Position numbers and translations under genes: made by a program. 64,000 nt of DNA from Candidatus Saccharimonadota bacterium (lineage in GTDB: Bacteria; Patescibacteriota; Saccharimonadia; Saccharimonadales; Saccharimonadaceae): contig JAIKZA010000008.1 of NCBI GenBank assembly GCA_024682595.1, positions 10,697 to 74,696 of the forward strand, written 5' to 3'. The first letter of the stretch is position 1. Each line of letters begins with the position of its first letter. Positions 46,411-55,585 of this stretch are shown in pieces. Under the pieces are notes generated by a model. The model made no database searches. It saw nothing but the letters and a program-made list of their open reading frames with translations, and was not told the DNA's origin.

Positions 46411-48180
46411 ATGAACAACAAGTCTATTGATGGACTTCAACGGAGGAGTGGGACAAAAACTGCGAGAATAAATAGTGCTGCCTCCAAGAAGCGCGCTACG
46501 GTAAAAACTAATAGCTCTCTTGGTGTTAATAAAAAAGTCACCAAGAGAAAAACGATCGGCATTACGGATGGTAAAAAGGACTTAAAAAAAGTAATTGCCG
46601 AAAACGAAAGATTAGATAGAGAAAGAAAAACATCAGTACAAAATGATGAATCGGTGAAGGAGTATCTGTCTGCTATACAAGATATAGACCCCACCGACCT
46701 AGTGGAAGTACCTAGAAAAGAAAAATCTAAGGCATGGTATAAGGATAAATTAAAAAATAAAAAAGCAGATAAACCAAAAAAGAAACATAAAATTGCGAAA
46801 CGTGTCGCCATAGCGGCAGTATTAATACTCGTTGTAGGGATTGGTGCTTTATATTTCTACCTAAACGATTTTGTATCAACAGTAACCGATAATGGCAATA
46901 TTCTTAATGTTATTTTTTCCGATCCAGATACTCCTCTTGAAAAAGACGAAAATGGCCGTACAAATATCCTAGTTTTCGGCACAGAGGGGTATGCTATGGA
47001 CGATCCAAATTATGACGGAGGCTTCCTTACTGACGCAATGATGATTCTTAGTATCAATCAGGATAGTGGTGACGTGAAAGCCGTCAGTTTGCCGCGCGAT
47101 TTAAAGATGCAGCAAACTTGCACCGCTACAATGAAGATGAACGAAGTCTATTGGTGCGAATATCTCGACTATCTCGATAGCCCAAATAAAACAAACGATT
47201 TAAAGAAGCAGAAAGAAGACGAAGGCGGTACAGCTCTCGCTAAAAAATTCGAAGAAGTTACTGGTTTGAAAGTACATTACCGTGTACATGTGAACTGGGC
47301 AGTATTAATAGACACTATAAATGCACTTGATGGCGTAGATGTTTGTTTCTACTATCAGAATAATAAATGCCCAGAAGATGTTACTGCAATTGAAGTGTCC
47401 GACGAAAGAGGTCTATCTGAACAAAGCTACAACAAAATATATTTTGCCTATGAGACTAATAAGAAGTATCACCTGGTTGGCTACCAGGCGCTAGAGGTAG
47501 CGCGCGCTAGAAACGCTAGTGGCGGTTACGGTGCTTCGAATGGGAATTTTAGCCGAGAATACTTCCAACAGCGCATTATTGAAGCAACTGCGAGAAAAGC
47601 CAAAGAAAAGAAAATCACAATTGAAACTGTTTTAAAGCTAAAACAAACCATGGGCGATAATATACGAACAAACTTCAAGGATACCGAGCTGAAAACGCTA
47701 GTAAAGTTAGTAACAACCTTAAATACCGAGCATCTTGAAACAATTTCTCTCACAGAGGCAAATCTTTTAACCACATCATATATCAACGGTATTTCTTACG
47801 TTGTGCCAGCTATGGGTACTTATGAGTACAATAATATAAAGAGTTACCTAAAAACTATAATGCGCGGCGAAGATTATATCACCGAGAACGCAAGCATAGT
47901 GGTATTAAATGGAACCGATGCCTCGGGTATAGCTTCGAATGAGAAGAATGATCTCGAAGATGAAGGTTTTACGGTTAGTCAGATAGCAAATTCTCCAGAC
48001 GAAAAAGGATTATCAGACTTTGATGGCATTAAGATCTATCAGGTCGATGCAAATGCTAAAAAGACCGCAGCGGCCCTTAAAAAGCGCTATAAGGCCGAAA
48101 TGATTACGGAAATACCCGAATCATTAAAGATTTATGATTGTGACTTTATAATCATCCTAGGAAACGGCTACGACAATTAG
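46411..48180 (+). CDS. LytR-CpsA-Psr (LCP) family glycopolymer-to-peptidoglycan ligase with a LytR_C-like C-terminus
   Basis: TM anchor. NILVFGTEG....DAMMILSIN....SLPRDL motifs. Confidence 0.85.
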   Translation: MNNKSIDGLQRRSGTKTARINSAASKKRATVKTNSSLGVNKKVTKRKTIGITDGKKDLKKVIAENERLDRERKTSVQNDESVKEYLSAIQDIDPTDLVEVPRKEKSKAWYKDKLKNKKADKPKKKHKIAKRVAIAAVLILVVGIGALYFYLNDFVSTVTDNGNILNVIFSDPDTPLEKDENGRTNILVFGTEGYAMDDPNYDGGFLTDAMMILSINQDSGDVKAVSLPRDLKMQQTCTATMKMNEVYWCEYLDYLDSPNKTNDLKKQKEDEGGTALAKKFEEVTGLKVHYRVHVNWAVLIDTINALDGVDVCFYYQNNKCPEDVTAIEVSDERGLSEQSYNKIYFAYETNKKYHLVGYQALEVARARNASGGYGASNGNFSREYFQQRIIEATARKAKEKKITIETVLKLKQTMGDNIRTNFKDTELKTLVKLVTTLNTEHLETISLTEANLLTTSYINGISYVVPAMGTYEYNNIKSYLKTIMRGEDYITENASIVVLNGTDASGIASNEKNDLEDEGFTVSQIANSPDEKGLSDFDGIKIYQVDANAKKTAAALKKRYKAEMITEIPESLKIYDCDFIIILGNGYDN

Positions 48181-48206
48181 ATAGAATATAGTGTACTAGA
48201 TATAGA

Positions 48207-48237
48207 AAGCCTCCCATAAAAGCATGGGAGGCTTTTT
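48207..48237 (+). terminator. Rho-independent terminator of the LCP gene
   Basis: AAGCCTCCCA / TGGGAGGCTT stem with an 8-nt loop, then TTTTT. Confidence 0.85.
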
Positions 48238-48528
48238 GAAGTGATTGATAAATGTCGAAAAGCGCGCATTGTTTTACAGCCTCTTATTCTTTTAAATACC
48301 TATTAATACACCCATTAGCATACACCGCTATCTTCTATGATTAACCATCTATGAATTATTGTTTAGCTTTACCCACAAAAACATAATAGTTTTAAACACC
48401 CCTGTTGATGTATAATAATTGATTTTTTGTGAAAATATTACACCAATCTGTTAGCTTATAGTTGACAGCTAAAAAACAACCAAAATACTGTGGAAAACTA
48501 TTATCTATCCCCTTCTATAATTGCTCAT

Positions 48529-48555
48529 CAAAAAGCCCCGCATTAAGGCGAGGCT
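48529..48555 (-). terminator. Rho-independent terminator after jag
   Basis: Minus strand AGCCTCGC/GCGGGGCT stem (one mismatch) followed by TTTTT. Confidence 0.55.
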
Positions 48556-48575
48556 CTAACTATCTTGTTATGGGT

Positions 48576-49037
48576 TTACGATTCTTTCTTTGCAATATGG
48601 AGACGACGCTCGCGACCTTCACCCGTACTAAATGTCTCAATGTCGGAATAGTCACCAGCATATCGATGCACAACGCGTCGATCGGCAGCGTTCAAATCAA
48701 GGACTTTTTCGCGACCAGTACGACGCACCTCATCAATCCAACGCTCTGCTTGATGCTCAATTTTATCAGCTCTTTGACGTTTATAATCGGCTATATCAAT
48801 ATTAACGCGAGTCACCTCTGCATTACGCGCAATAAGAGTCATCATAAGAACATGCTGTAATGCGCGGAGATTATTTGCATTTTTACCTATCAATAACGAA
48901 TTCATACTGGTAGATGGGATTGATAATTGAATTACATCATCCTCTATAGTTGAATAAACCGCCACATTAATACCAAAGAAAGACAGAAGGTCTTCTAGGT
49001 ATTTCGTTGCAAAACGAATTGATTCATCGGTATTCAT
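48576..49037 (-). CDS. jag: Jag/KhpB RNA-binding protein (KH plus R3H domains)
   Basis: R3H motif region RRVVHRYAGDY..IETFSTGEG..RRLHI. Position immediately downstream of yidC. Confidence 0.85.
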   Translation of the reverse strand: MNTDESIRFATKYLEDLLSFFGINVAVYSTIEDDVIQLSIPSTSMNSLLIGKNANNLRALQHVLMMTLIARNAEVTRVNIDIADYKRQRADKIEHQAERWIDEVRRTGREKVLDLNAADRRVVHRYAGDYSDIETFSTGEGRERRLHIAKKES

Positions 49038-49039
49038 AA

Positions 49040-50107
49040 TTATCTCCTTTTCTTTTTATCCGATGCCCTAATTCGTGTGATATGTACTTTTTCATTTTTA
49101 TTTTGTTTATTGTCGGACGCATAGTGCGTCTTTTTTAAATCATTGTTAGTAGTACGATCATCAACGATGACGGCTTCTTGCGCCTCTTTGAGTTCTTTGA
49201 GAATCTTCTTATCCGCCGCAGCCTCCATTTCAGTATAATCCTGATTTAGGATGCGTTTTTGCAAGAATACTGTTATGGCGTTATTAAGAAGGTAGTATAG
49301 CACTAATGCGCCTGGGAGATTCATCATAATAAGTAGCATCATGAAAGGCATCATCCAAGTCATCTGACTCTGCGCAATCATATTAATTTCATCTTGACTA
49401 GCTTCCTTGCCTTCGGCCGCTTCTTTCATAATGTCGCGCATAGTACGGCTTTTTTTGCCATTTTTGCGAGCAGGATCCTGCTGGCGAGACATAATAAACT
49501 GCATTAGCGCAGAAAGAATGGCAAGAATAAATATAAATATCGAGCTAACCGAGCCGAAGCCGGCTGTGGTAGAGAGATCAATTGTGCCGAATAGTTTTGG
49601 CGCAAATCCTAACTTAGCGTTTTCGTTGCCAGATTTAATTTTATCTAGATATATGTCTTGCTGCGTAATAAGGTCATTAATATGATTCATAGGCTCTACG
49701 AAGGAATAAGCGGAATGTTCTACTGTATAAACACTATCATCTCTAATGTATGGACGAACCGCAACATTAATAGCAGTAAATAAGCCTATAAAGATAGGAA
49801 GCTGAATAAGAAGCGTCAACATGGAGCGAAATGGTTTAACATTTTTGCGCTTATATAAATCCATCCTCTGAAGAGATTCAAGCTGACGATTACCCTTGCA
49901 GTTCTTTTTAATTTCGGCGAGCTCTGGCTGAATTTCGCGCATAATCTTCGTCTGGTGAAGTTGACGCTTCATTAATGGCCAAGTCAAAAGCTTAACTATT
50001 ATTGTAAATAAAATAATGGCGAGACCAAAATCGCCAACTAAAGAATATATTACAAAAAGGATGTTTACGATTGGACGGACAATAATCATATCTAGAAAAG
50101 CAAACAT
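49040..50107 (-). CDS. yidC: Membrane protein insertase YidC
   Basis: TM topology, conserved PLMKRQ and MMPFMM regions, synteny with rnpA-rpmH. Confidence 0.9.
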   Translation of the reverse strand: MFAFLDMIIVRPIVNILFVIYSLVGDFGLAIILFTIIVKLLTWPLMKRQLHQTKIMREIQPELAEIKKNCKGNRQLESLQRMDLYKRKNVKPFRSMLTLLIQLPIFIGLFTAINVAVRPYIRDDSVYTVEHSAYSFVEPMNHINDLITQQDIYLDKIKSGNENAKLGFAPKLFGTIDLSTTAGFGSVSSIFIFILAILSALMQFIMSRQQDPARKNGKKSRTMRDIMKEAAEGKEASQDEINMIAQSQMTWMMPFMMLLIMMNLPGALVLYYLLNNAITVFLQKRILNQDYTEMEAAADKKILKELKEAQEAVIVDDRTTNNDLKKTHYASDNKQNKNEKVHITRIRASDKKKRR

Positions 50108-50129
50108 ATAACTCCTTTGATTCTTTTAA

Positions 50130-50471
50130 TTATAAGATACTTGCCTCTTTAAGTAAATCTCTGATGGTTTTTTGAATTACCTTAAAGTCCATATCTAGTA
50201 TTTCTTTTGAATAGATAATAAAAATACAGTCAACCGGTTTCTCGATCTTAGGCAACTCTATACGGATAGCCTCATATACGCGGCGGCGTATGCGATTGCG
50301 CCCAACGGCTGACTTTAATACTTTTTTACTAACAACTACCGCATAACGCTGTTTGTTACGGCTATTATTCGCAAAAACCAGGGATATTTTCGATCCCCGG
50401 ATTGTTTTGCCATTTTGGTAGGTATATCGCACCCCACCTCTAGAATGAAAACGATATTTCTTTGATAACAT
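50130..50471 (-). CDS. rnpA: Ribonuclease P protein component
   Basis: 113-aa basic protein with the RNRIRRR motif, 5 nt downstream of rpmH. Confidence 0.9.
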   Translation of the reverse strand: MLSKKYRFHSRGGVRYTYQNGKTIRGSKISLVFANNSRNKQRYAVVVSKKVLKSAVGRNRIRRRVYEAIRIELPKIEKPVDCIFIIYSKEILDMDFKVIQKTIRDLLKEASIL

Positions 50472-50476
50472 TTATA

Positions 50477-50614
50477 TTAAGCAGTTAGACGAGCGCGACC
50501 TTTAATGCGACGGCGAGCAAGAACCTTGCGGCCATTTACGGTTGAATTGCGCTTACGAAAACCATGCTCAACTTTACGTTGGCGTTTATGTGGTTGATAA
50601 GTACGTTTTGGCAT
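50477..50614 (-). CDS. rpmH: 50S ribosomal protein L34
   Basis: Not in the ORF track (45 aa); found by reading. Sequence [45 protein letters not shown], with an AGGAA SD. Confidence 0.95.
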   Translation of the reverse strand: MPKRTYQPHKRQRKVEHGFRKRNSTVNGRKVLARRRIKGRARLTA

Positions 50615-50676
50615 AAAATTATTCCTGACTGTATAATTATTGTTTTATTAAAAGAATTATGTCTATTATAATGATT

Positions 50677-50808
50677 TTTTACACATTTTTCAAGAGCTTT
50701 TCCACATACTCGCTTCCCTGTTTTGTGAGAAAATGGGGAAAATTCTTATCTGTTAGGGCTAAAAGTTATTAGAAAATATTATTTCGACCTGTAAAAACCT
50801 GTGGAAAA
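50677..50808. promoter_or_regulatory. DnaA-box cluster and dnaA promoter region (left part of oriC)
   Basis: TTTTACACA at 50677-85, TTTTCCACA at 50698-706, TGTGGAAAA at 50800-808. TATAAT at 50813-818. Confidence 0.6.
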
Positions 50809-50850
50809 GTCGTATAATGAATCTTATAGAAATGGAGGTTAAGTAATAAT

Positions 50851-52239
50851 ATGCCAAACGAATGGCAGACCGTATTGGATGAGATAAAAAACAACGTATC
50901 CGAAATGGCCTATGAGGCGTATTTTGTTCGGTTTAAATTTGTCTCAAACGAAAACGGTATTTTAACTACCTCCGTGCCAAACGTGTTTATTAAAACGCAA
51001 GTCGAAGGTAAATTTCATAGCACGGTAATCGACGCTATTCAAAGTGCAAAGATTAACTTTGACGAATTAAAAGTTATTATCGACGGCAAGGAGAATAAAA
51101 CAACTGTCAGACGTGCAGTAGAAATCCTTGATAGCAACAAACCCGTTACAAATATACCAAAGCTCACCACTACTAGTTCTGTAATCACATACGGCGACTC
51201 GAAGAGGTTTTCGACCGATAATAATGGTCTTAATCCAAAATTTAGACTAAGTAATTATGTTGTTGGTAGTAATAATGATTTAGCTGTTAGTGCCGCACAC
51301 GCCGTGATTGAAAATCCGGGTTTACGTTATAATCCATATTTTATCTATGGTGGCCCAGGACTAGGTAAAACACATCTAATTCAAGCAATAGGCAACGAAA
51401 TTCTCGAACGCAATCCAGAGATGCACGTTTTATATGTTACTATTGAACAATTTTATCACGAATTCGTTGAGGCGATGCGTAAAAAGATTGATGGTTTTGC
51501 CGAAAAATATCGCAAAGTAGACGTATTAATCGTAGATGATTTTCAATTTATCGTGAACAAGGAAAAGTCTCAAGAGGAATTTTTCCATACATTCAATGAA
51601 CTACAACAGCACGATAAACAGATTATTATCGGGAGTGACCGTCTCCCTGCTCAGATTGCTACTATAGACGAACGCTTGGCGTCTCGCTTAATGATGGGCG
51701 TTCCTATCGATATTCAAATGCCAGACTTTGAGACACGATGTGCGATTTTAAAATCTAAAGCAGAGATGCTAGGAGCAGAAATCGACGATAAAACCGTGGA
51801 ATTCATTGCTGAAAACGTGCGAGATAATATCCGTAACCTTGAGGGGAAATTAAATCAAATATTAGCCTTGGCAGAATTAAGAGGTGTGCCAACTTACGAA
51901 TTAATCGATGATAGCTATATCGCACAGACAAGTGCACGAGCGAAACACAAAACTATATCGGTAAAGCAGTTGATTGATAAAGTCGCTAAATATTACGACT
52001 TAAGCTCAAAAGATTTATTGGGTACAAGCCGTATAAAAAATATCAAGACGGCGCGCCAGATAGGTATGTATTTAATGAAGGAAGAGTTAGGACTTAGTAC
52101 GGTGGAAATTGGTCGAGAACTAAGTAAAGATCACACGACGATAATGCACGGGATAAAAGTAATAAAAACTAATCTAAAAACAGATTTCAATTTGCGCGAG
52201 CAAATAACAGATTTGAGGCAAAAAATTTATACAAGTTGA
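50851..52239 (+). CDS. dnaA: Chromosomal replication initiator DnaA
   Basis: AAA+ motifs GGPGLGKTHL and VLIVDDFQF. C-terminal DnaA-box-binding domain (KDHTTIMHG). GGAGG SD. Confidence 0.95.
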   Translation: MPNEWQTVLDEIKNNVSEMAYEAYFVRFKFVSNENGILTTSVPNVFIKTQVEGKFHSTVIDAIQSAKINFDELKVIIDGKENKTTVRRAVEILDSNKPVTNIPKLTTTSSVITYGDSKRFSTDNNGLNPKFRLSNYVVGSNNDLAVSAAHAVIENPGLRYNPYFIYGGPGLGKTHLIQAIGNEILERNPEMHVLYVTIEQFYHEFVEAMRKKIDGFAEKYRKVDVLIVDDFQFIVNKEKSQEEFFHTFNELQQHDKQIIIGSDRLPAQIATIDERLASRLMMGVPIDIQMPDFETRCAILKSKAEMLGAEIDDKTVEFIAENVRDNIRNLEGKLNQILALAELRGVPTYELIDDSYIAQTSARAKHKTISVKQLIDKVAKYYDLSSKDLLGTSRIKNIKTARQIGMYLMKEELGLSTVEIGRELSKDHTTIMHGIKVIKTNLKTDFNLREQITDLRQKIYTS

Positions 52240-52246
52240 TGAGATA

Positions 52247-52510
52247 TGTGGAAAAGCCGTGAATAAACTTGTAGAAAAGATGGTTTAAAAGATGTGGATG
52301 CTAAATGTGAAAAAGTATAAAAAGTGGAATAACCCAAACTCATCGACCAACTTTTTACACAAAGCCCGTCTTTTACACGAGTTTTCCAAAATATTTTCGA
52401 CAGGTTTTACACAAATTTTTTCATCAATTACGCCCCTGTTAAATATGAGTTTTACCAGTTTTGCACATAGAACTACTATTACTACTACTAATTTATTAAT
52501 AATGGAAAAG
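52247..52510. other. oriC core: eleven DnaA-box-like 9-mers plus an AT-rich candidate DNA-unwinding element (DUE)
   Basis: Five boxes in the TGTGGAAAA orientation (52247, 52270, 52293, 52306, 52323). Six boxes in the TTTT(A/C)CACA orientation (52353, 52371, 52382, 52405, 52450, 52459). Then AT-rich ACTACTATTACTACTACTAATTTATTAATAAT. Confidence 0.7.
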
Positions 52511-52536
52511 GAATAAACTTTTAATTGGAGGAGAAA

Positions 52537-53640
52537 ATGGAGATTGAAGTATTACAAGACAGACTCGCTAAAGCACTAAATACCGTAAGTCGTGTAGCTG
52601 CAAGCACAAAAGCTGGGTTGCCAATCTTAAGTAATGTCCTTTTGAGAGCTGAAGAGAATCAATTAACATTAACAGCCACAAATATGGAGATGGCTATAGT
52701 TCAATACGTTAACGCGAAAGCAAAAAAGAACGGTATCATTACGGTACCAGCAAAGCTTTTAGCAGAATTTGTTTCTAACTTACCAAAAGATAACGTTGTT
52801 ATTAGTACGAAAGATGATAAGTTGACTGTTTCGGCCGGCAAATATAAGTCCACAATTAATGGTATTTTGGCGGATGATTTTCCGGAATTGCCAAAAATCG
52901 ATGAAAAAGAAGCAGTTATCTTTAAGATTAGTGTGGACATCTTTAAAGAAGCGGTTAATGAGGTGATAATTGCTTCTAGTAATGATGCGACGCGTCCGGC
53001 TTTGACTGGTGTTTATTTTAATACTTTCGATGGGTCGTTATATATTGCGGCAACGGATGGTTATCGTTTAGCCGATCGTAAGTTTGTGGATGAAGTAAAG
53101 AGCGAAATAAAAGCTATTGTTCCGACAAATGCTTTGCAAGAGGTGATCCGTTCTATTTCGGACAATATGGATGAAATAGAAGTTTTAATCAACGATAGCC
53201 AAATTCGTTTTAGGATGGGTGAAATTGAGATAACTTCAAAACTAATAGATGCAAGTTTTCCAGATTACCGTCAATTAATTCCGAAAGATTGTTCGAATAT
53301 AATTGAGTTAGATAAAGCGGAATTAATTAGAATGACGAAGGTTGCGGCGTTATTTGCGCGCGAAAGTGGCGGTTCGATTGTTTGTGAAGCAAAAAAAGAA
53401 GAAGGAAGCTTTTCGGTAAGTGCGGTTGCGTCGGAACTTGGGGAAAACTCTTCAGCTATGGAGGCGGTAGTTTCTGAAGATGGAAAAGTAGTACTTAATT
53501 CACGATATTTATTAGATGCATTGAATTCGACGATTGAAGGAAAGATAACTTTTGGCTTGAGTGGGAAACTAGCTCCAGTAATAATTAAAAATGCTAAAAA
53601 TAATGATTATACGCATATCATTATGCCACTTAAAAGCTAA
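52537..53640 (+). CDS. dnaN: DNA polymerase III beta sliding clamp
   Basis: Three-domain clamp pattern (ATDGYRLA, PDYRQLIP). The ATG at 52537 follows a GGAGGAG SD; the ORF-track TTG at 52525 is rejected. Confidence 0.95.
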   Translation: MEIEVLQDRLAKALNTVSRVAASTKAGLPILSNVLLRAEENQLTLTATNMEMAIVQYVNAKAKKNGIITVPAKLLAEFVSNLPKDNVVISTKDDKLTVSAGKYKSTINGILADDFPELPKIDEKEAVIFKISVDIFKEAVNEVIIASSNDATRPALTGVYFNTFDGSLYIAATDGYRLADRKFVDEVKSEIKAIVPTNALQEVIRSISDNMDEIEVLINDSQIRFRMGEIEITSKLIDASFPDYRQLIPKDCSNIIELDKAELIRMTKVAALFARESGGSIVCEAKKEEGSFSVSAVASELGENSSAMEAVVSEDGKVVLNSRYLLDALNSTIEGKITFGLSGKLAPVIIKNAKNNDYTHIIMPLKS

Positions 53641-54659
53641 TGAATATTGTTAAAAAAGTTAGTTTAAAAAACTTCCGTTGTCACGAGGAATTTGATTTAG
53701 ATTGTAATCGTCCGACGACTTTAATAATCGGCGAAAATGGAAGTGGAAAAACTTCGGTTTTGGAGGCTATTTATCTTGCACTACGTGGAAAAAGTTTTAA
53801 AGGTGTGGATAAAGAAATCCTAAAAAGAGAGGCGGATTTTTATCGAGCCGAGATTGAATTGATGGATGCTCAAAAAATAATAATACGTTTTGACGGTCGA
53901 AAGAAAGAATTTGAGATTGATGGGAAAAAGAGTCTAAGGCTACCGAAGAAAAATCGTTATCCGGTAGTGCTATTTGAGCCGGATGATATTTATTTAGTTG
54001 GTTCCTCCCCGTCGCGAAGGCGTGATTATTTTGATGAATTATTTAAGCAAATTAATGAGAATTATGGAGCTGCTTTAAGTAAGTATAATAAAGCTTTGCG
54101 TCAAAGAAACGATTTATTAAAGAATGAGATTGTTAGTAGAGATGATTTATTTTCGTGGAATGTGATGTGTGCAAATTATGGTGCGGAGGTTATTCGCCGG
54201 CGTGTGCATAATCTTAAAAAGATTAATGAAAAGATGACGGATATTTATAGAAATATTGCGAAGAATGGCGATGAATGCTCAATTAAATATATTGGGGCTG
54301 AAGTTGATGAGAATGATTATTTAAAGAATTTGGAAAACAATTTTGAACGTGATTGCGTGTTGGGATATACGACCTTTGGAATTCATCGCGATGATTATGA
54401 ATTTATTTTTAATAAAAAGAAGGCGGATGGATCGGCTTCGCGTGGCGAAAATCGTAGTATGATTTTGTCATTGAAATTTATTGAGGCGCAAATATTGGAG
54501 CAGGAAGTTGGCAAAAAACCAGTTGTATTATTAGATGATATATTTTCGGAATTAGACGAAATGCGTCAGAGACATTTGATTGATAATTTTAAAAACTATC
54601 AGATGATTATAACGAGTACGGCAGTACCGAGCGAGATGCGTGTAGATAAGAAATTATAA
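53640..54659 (+). CDS. recF: DNA replication and repair protein RecF
   Basis: GENGSGKTS Walker A, RGENRSMILSLKF signature-like block, VVLLDDIFSELD Walker B. Synteny with dnaN. Confidence 0.9.
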   Translation: MNIVKKVSLKNFRCHEEFDLDCNRPTTLIIGENGSGKTSVLEAIYLALRGKSFKGVDKEILKREADFYRAEIELMDAQKIIIRFDGRKKEFEIDGKKSLRLPKKNRYPVVLFEPDDIYLVGSSPSRRRDYFDELFKQINENYGAALSKYNKALRQRNDLLKNEIVSRDDLFSWNVMCANYGAEVIRRRVHNLKKINEKMTDIYRNIAKNGDECSIKYIGAEVDENDYLKNLENNFERDCVLGYTTFGIHRDDYEFIFNKKKADGSASRGENRSMILSLKFIEAQILEQEVGKKPVVLLDDIFSELDEMRQRHLIDNFKNYQMIITSTAVPSEMRVDKKL

Positions 54660-54660
54660 A

Positions 54661-55575
54661 TTACGGAGCGAGGGAGTTTGCCGAATTTAATATATCCTGC
54701 GGGACGTTGGGTGTATTATCTTTGGTAAGCAGTGGCTGGGGTTTGGATATAACATGCCAATTCTCTCCATCTTTCTTTAATAGAATACGATAGTGGTTAT
54801 ATGAAAAATCACGATCAAAATCGTAAATATATAGAGTTGTAGCATAATAATTATCAACGAGGTTTTGACCATCGGATATTGTGTATTTTCCAAGATTGAA
54901 TGATGATCTTATAGTCTCTTTCGGTGTGGATTTTGGGGATTCATTATAAGTATCGAAGGGATTTTCTAGATTAAAAGATATTTGATAATCTGTTAATTCG
55001 ACATTCTTGAAGGTTTTCATTTTAGCGACAGCATCATCGAGAAATTCTGGTGTGGTTTTTATTTTAATTAATGGGATATTATCTTCTAAATAAGTGTAAC
55101 TAATAGAAAATAAACTATTATTTATAGGCAAATAATTTAAAATTGGATACTGTTTTTTGATTGCAATACCCTCTTCATTCAAGGCTCTTCCTACAATACC
55201 TTCCGCATTGGCGAATTCTTGTTTATGTAAATTTGCATACGATCTACCTTCGTCGTCGGTGGCGGATAATATCCCGACAATATAATGGTAATTGTTTGAT
55301 ATTTCTATAGTGCGTTCAATACTACTGAAGTGGTCGCATTTGACTTTGACGGTATATGACCCTGGTTCTAGCCAGATATTTGAATTATTATTTACTGGCT
55401 CATCATTAAGTGTAACTTCTGCGATATATGGCGCATACTGAATAGTTGTTTTAATCTTATTAATACGTAATGTGAAAGTCGCAATAAAAATTGCAAGCCC
55501 GACGAGTAAAATGATGCCAAATAATATAAATAGTAGATGTGTATTATTGGCGATTCTACGAGTTGTTTTTTTCAT
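54661..55575 (-). CDS. Membrane-anchored exported protein with a PEGA-like beta-sandwich; last gene of the T4SS-like operon
   Basis: N-terminal TM helix. AEVTLNDEPV....LEPGSYTVKVKCDHFSSIERTIEI resembles a PEGA domain. Confidence 0.55.
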   Translation of the reverse strand: MKKTTRRIANNTHLLFILFGIILLVGLAIFIATFTLRINKIKTTIQYAPYIAEVTLNDEPVNNNSNIWLEPGSYTVKVKCDHFSSIERTIEISNNYHYIVGILSATDDEGRSYANLHKQEFANAEGIVGRALNEEGIAIKKQYPILNYLPINNSLFSISYTYLEDNIPLIKIKTTPEFLDDAVAKMKTFKNVELTDYQISFNLENPFDTYNESPKSTPKETIRSSFNLGKYTISDGQNLVDNYYATTLYIYDFDRDFSYNHYRILLKKDGENWHVISKPQPLLTKDNTPNVPQDILNSANSLAP

Positions 55576-55585
55576 TCCCCTCCCC

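Noticed and set aside
48462-48860. 132-aa plus-strand ORF overlapping jag
   Set aside because: It starts at a non-ATG codon, runs antisense through the jag terminator and coding region, and has a low-complexity sequence.
52292-52516. 74-aa ORF in the dnaA-dnaN spacer
   Set aside because: It is made of DnaA-box repeats and the AT-rich tract of oriC, and has no SD.
54659-54661. Missing terminator between the convergent recF gene and the last T4SS-operon gene, as evidence of antisense regulation
   Set aside because: This is only an absence of a visible hairpin. Rho-dependent termination cannot be judged from sequence, so it is mentioned under the T4SS finding instead.
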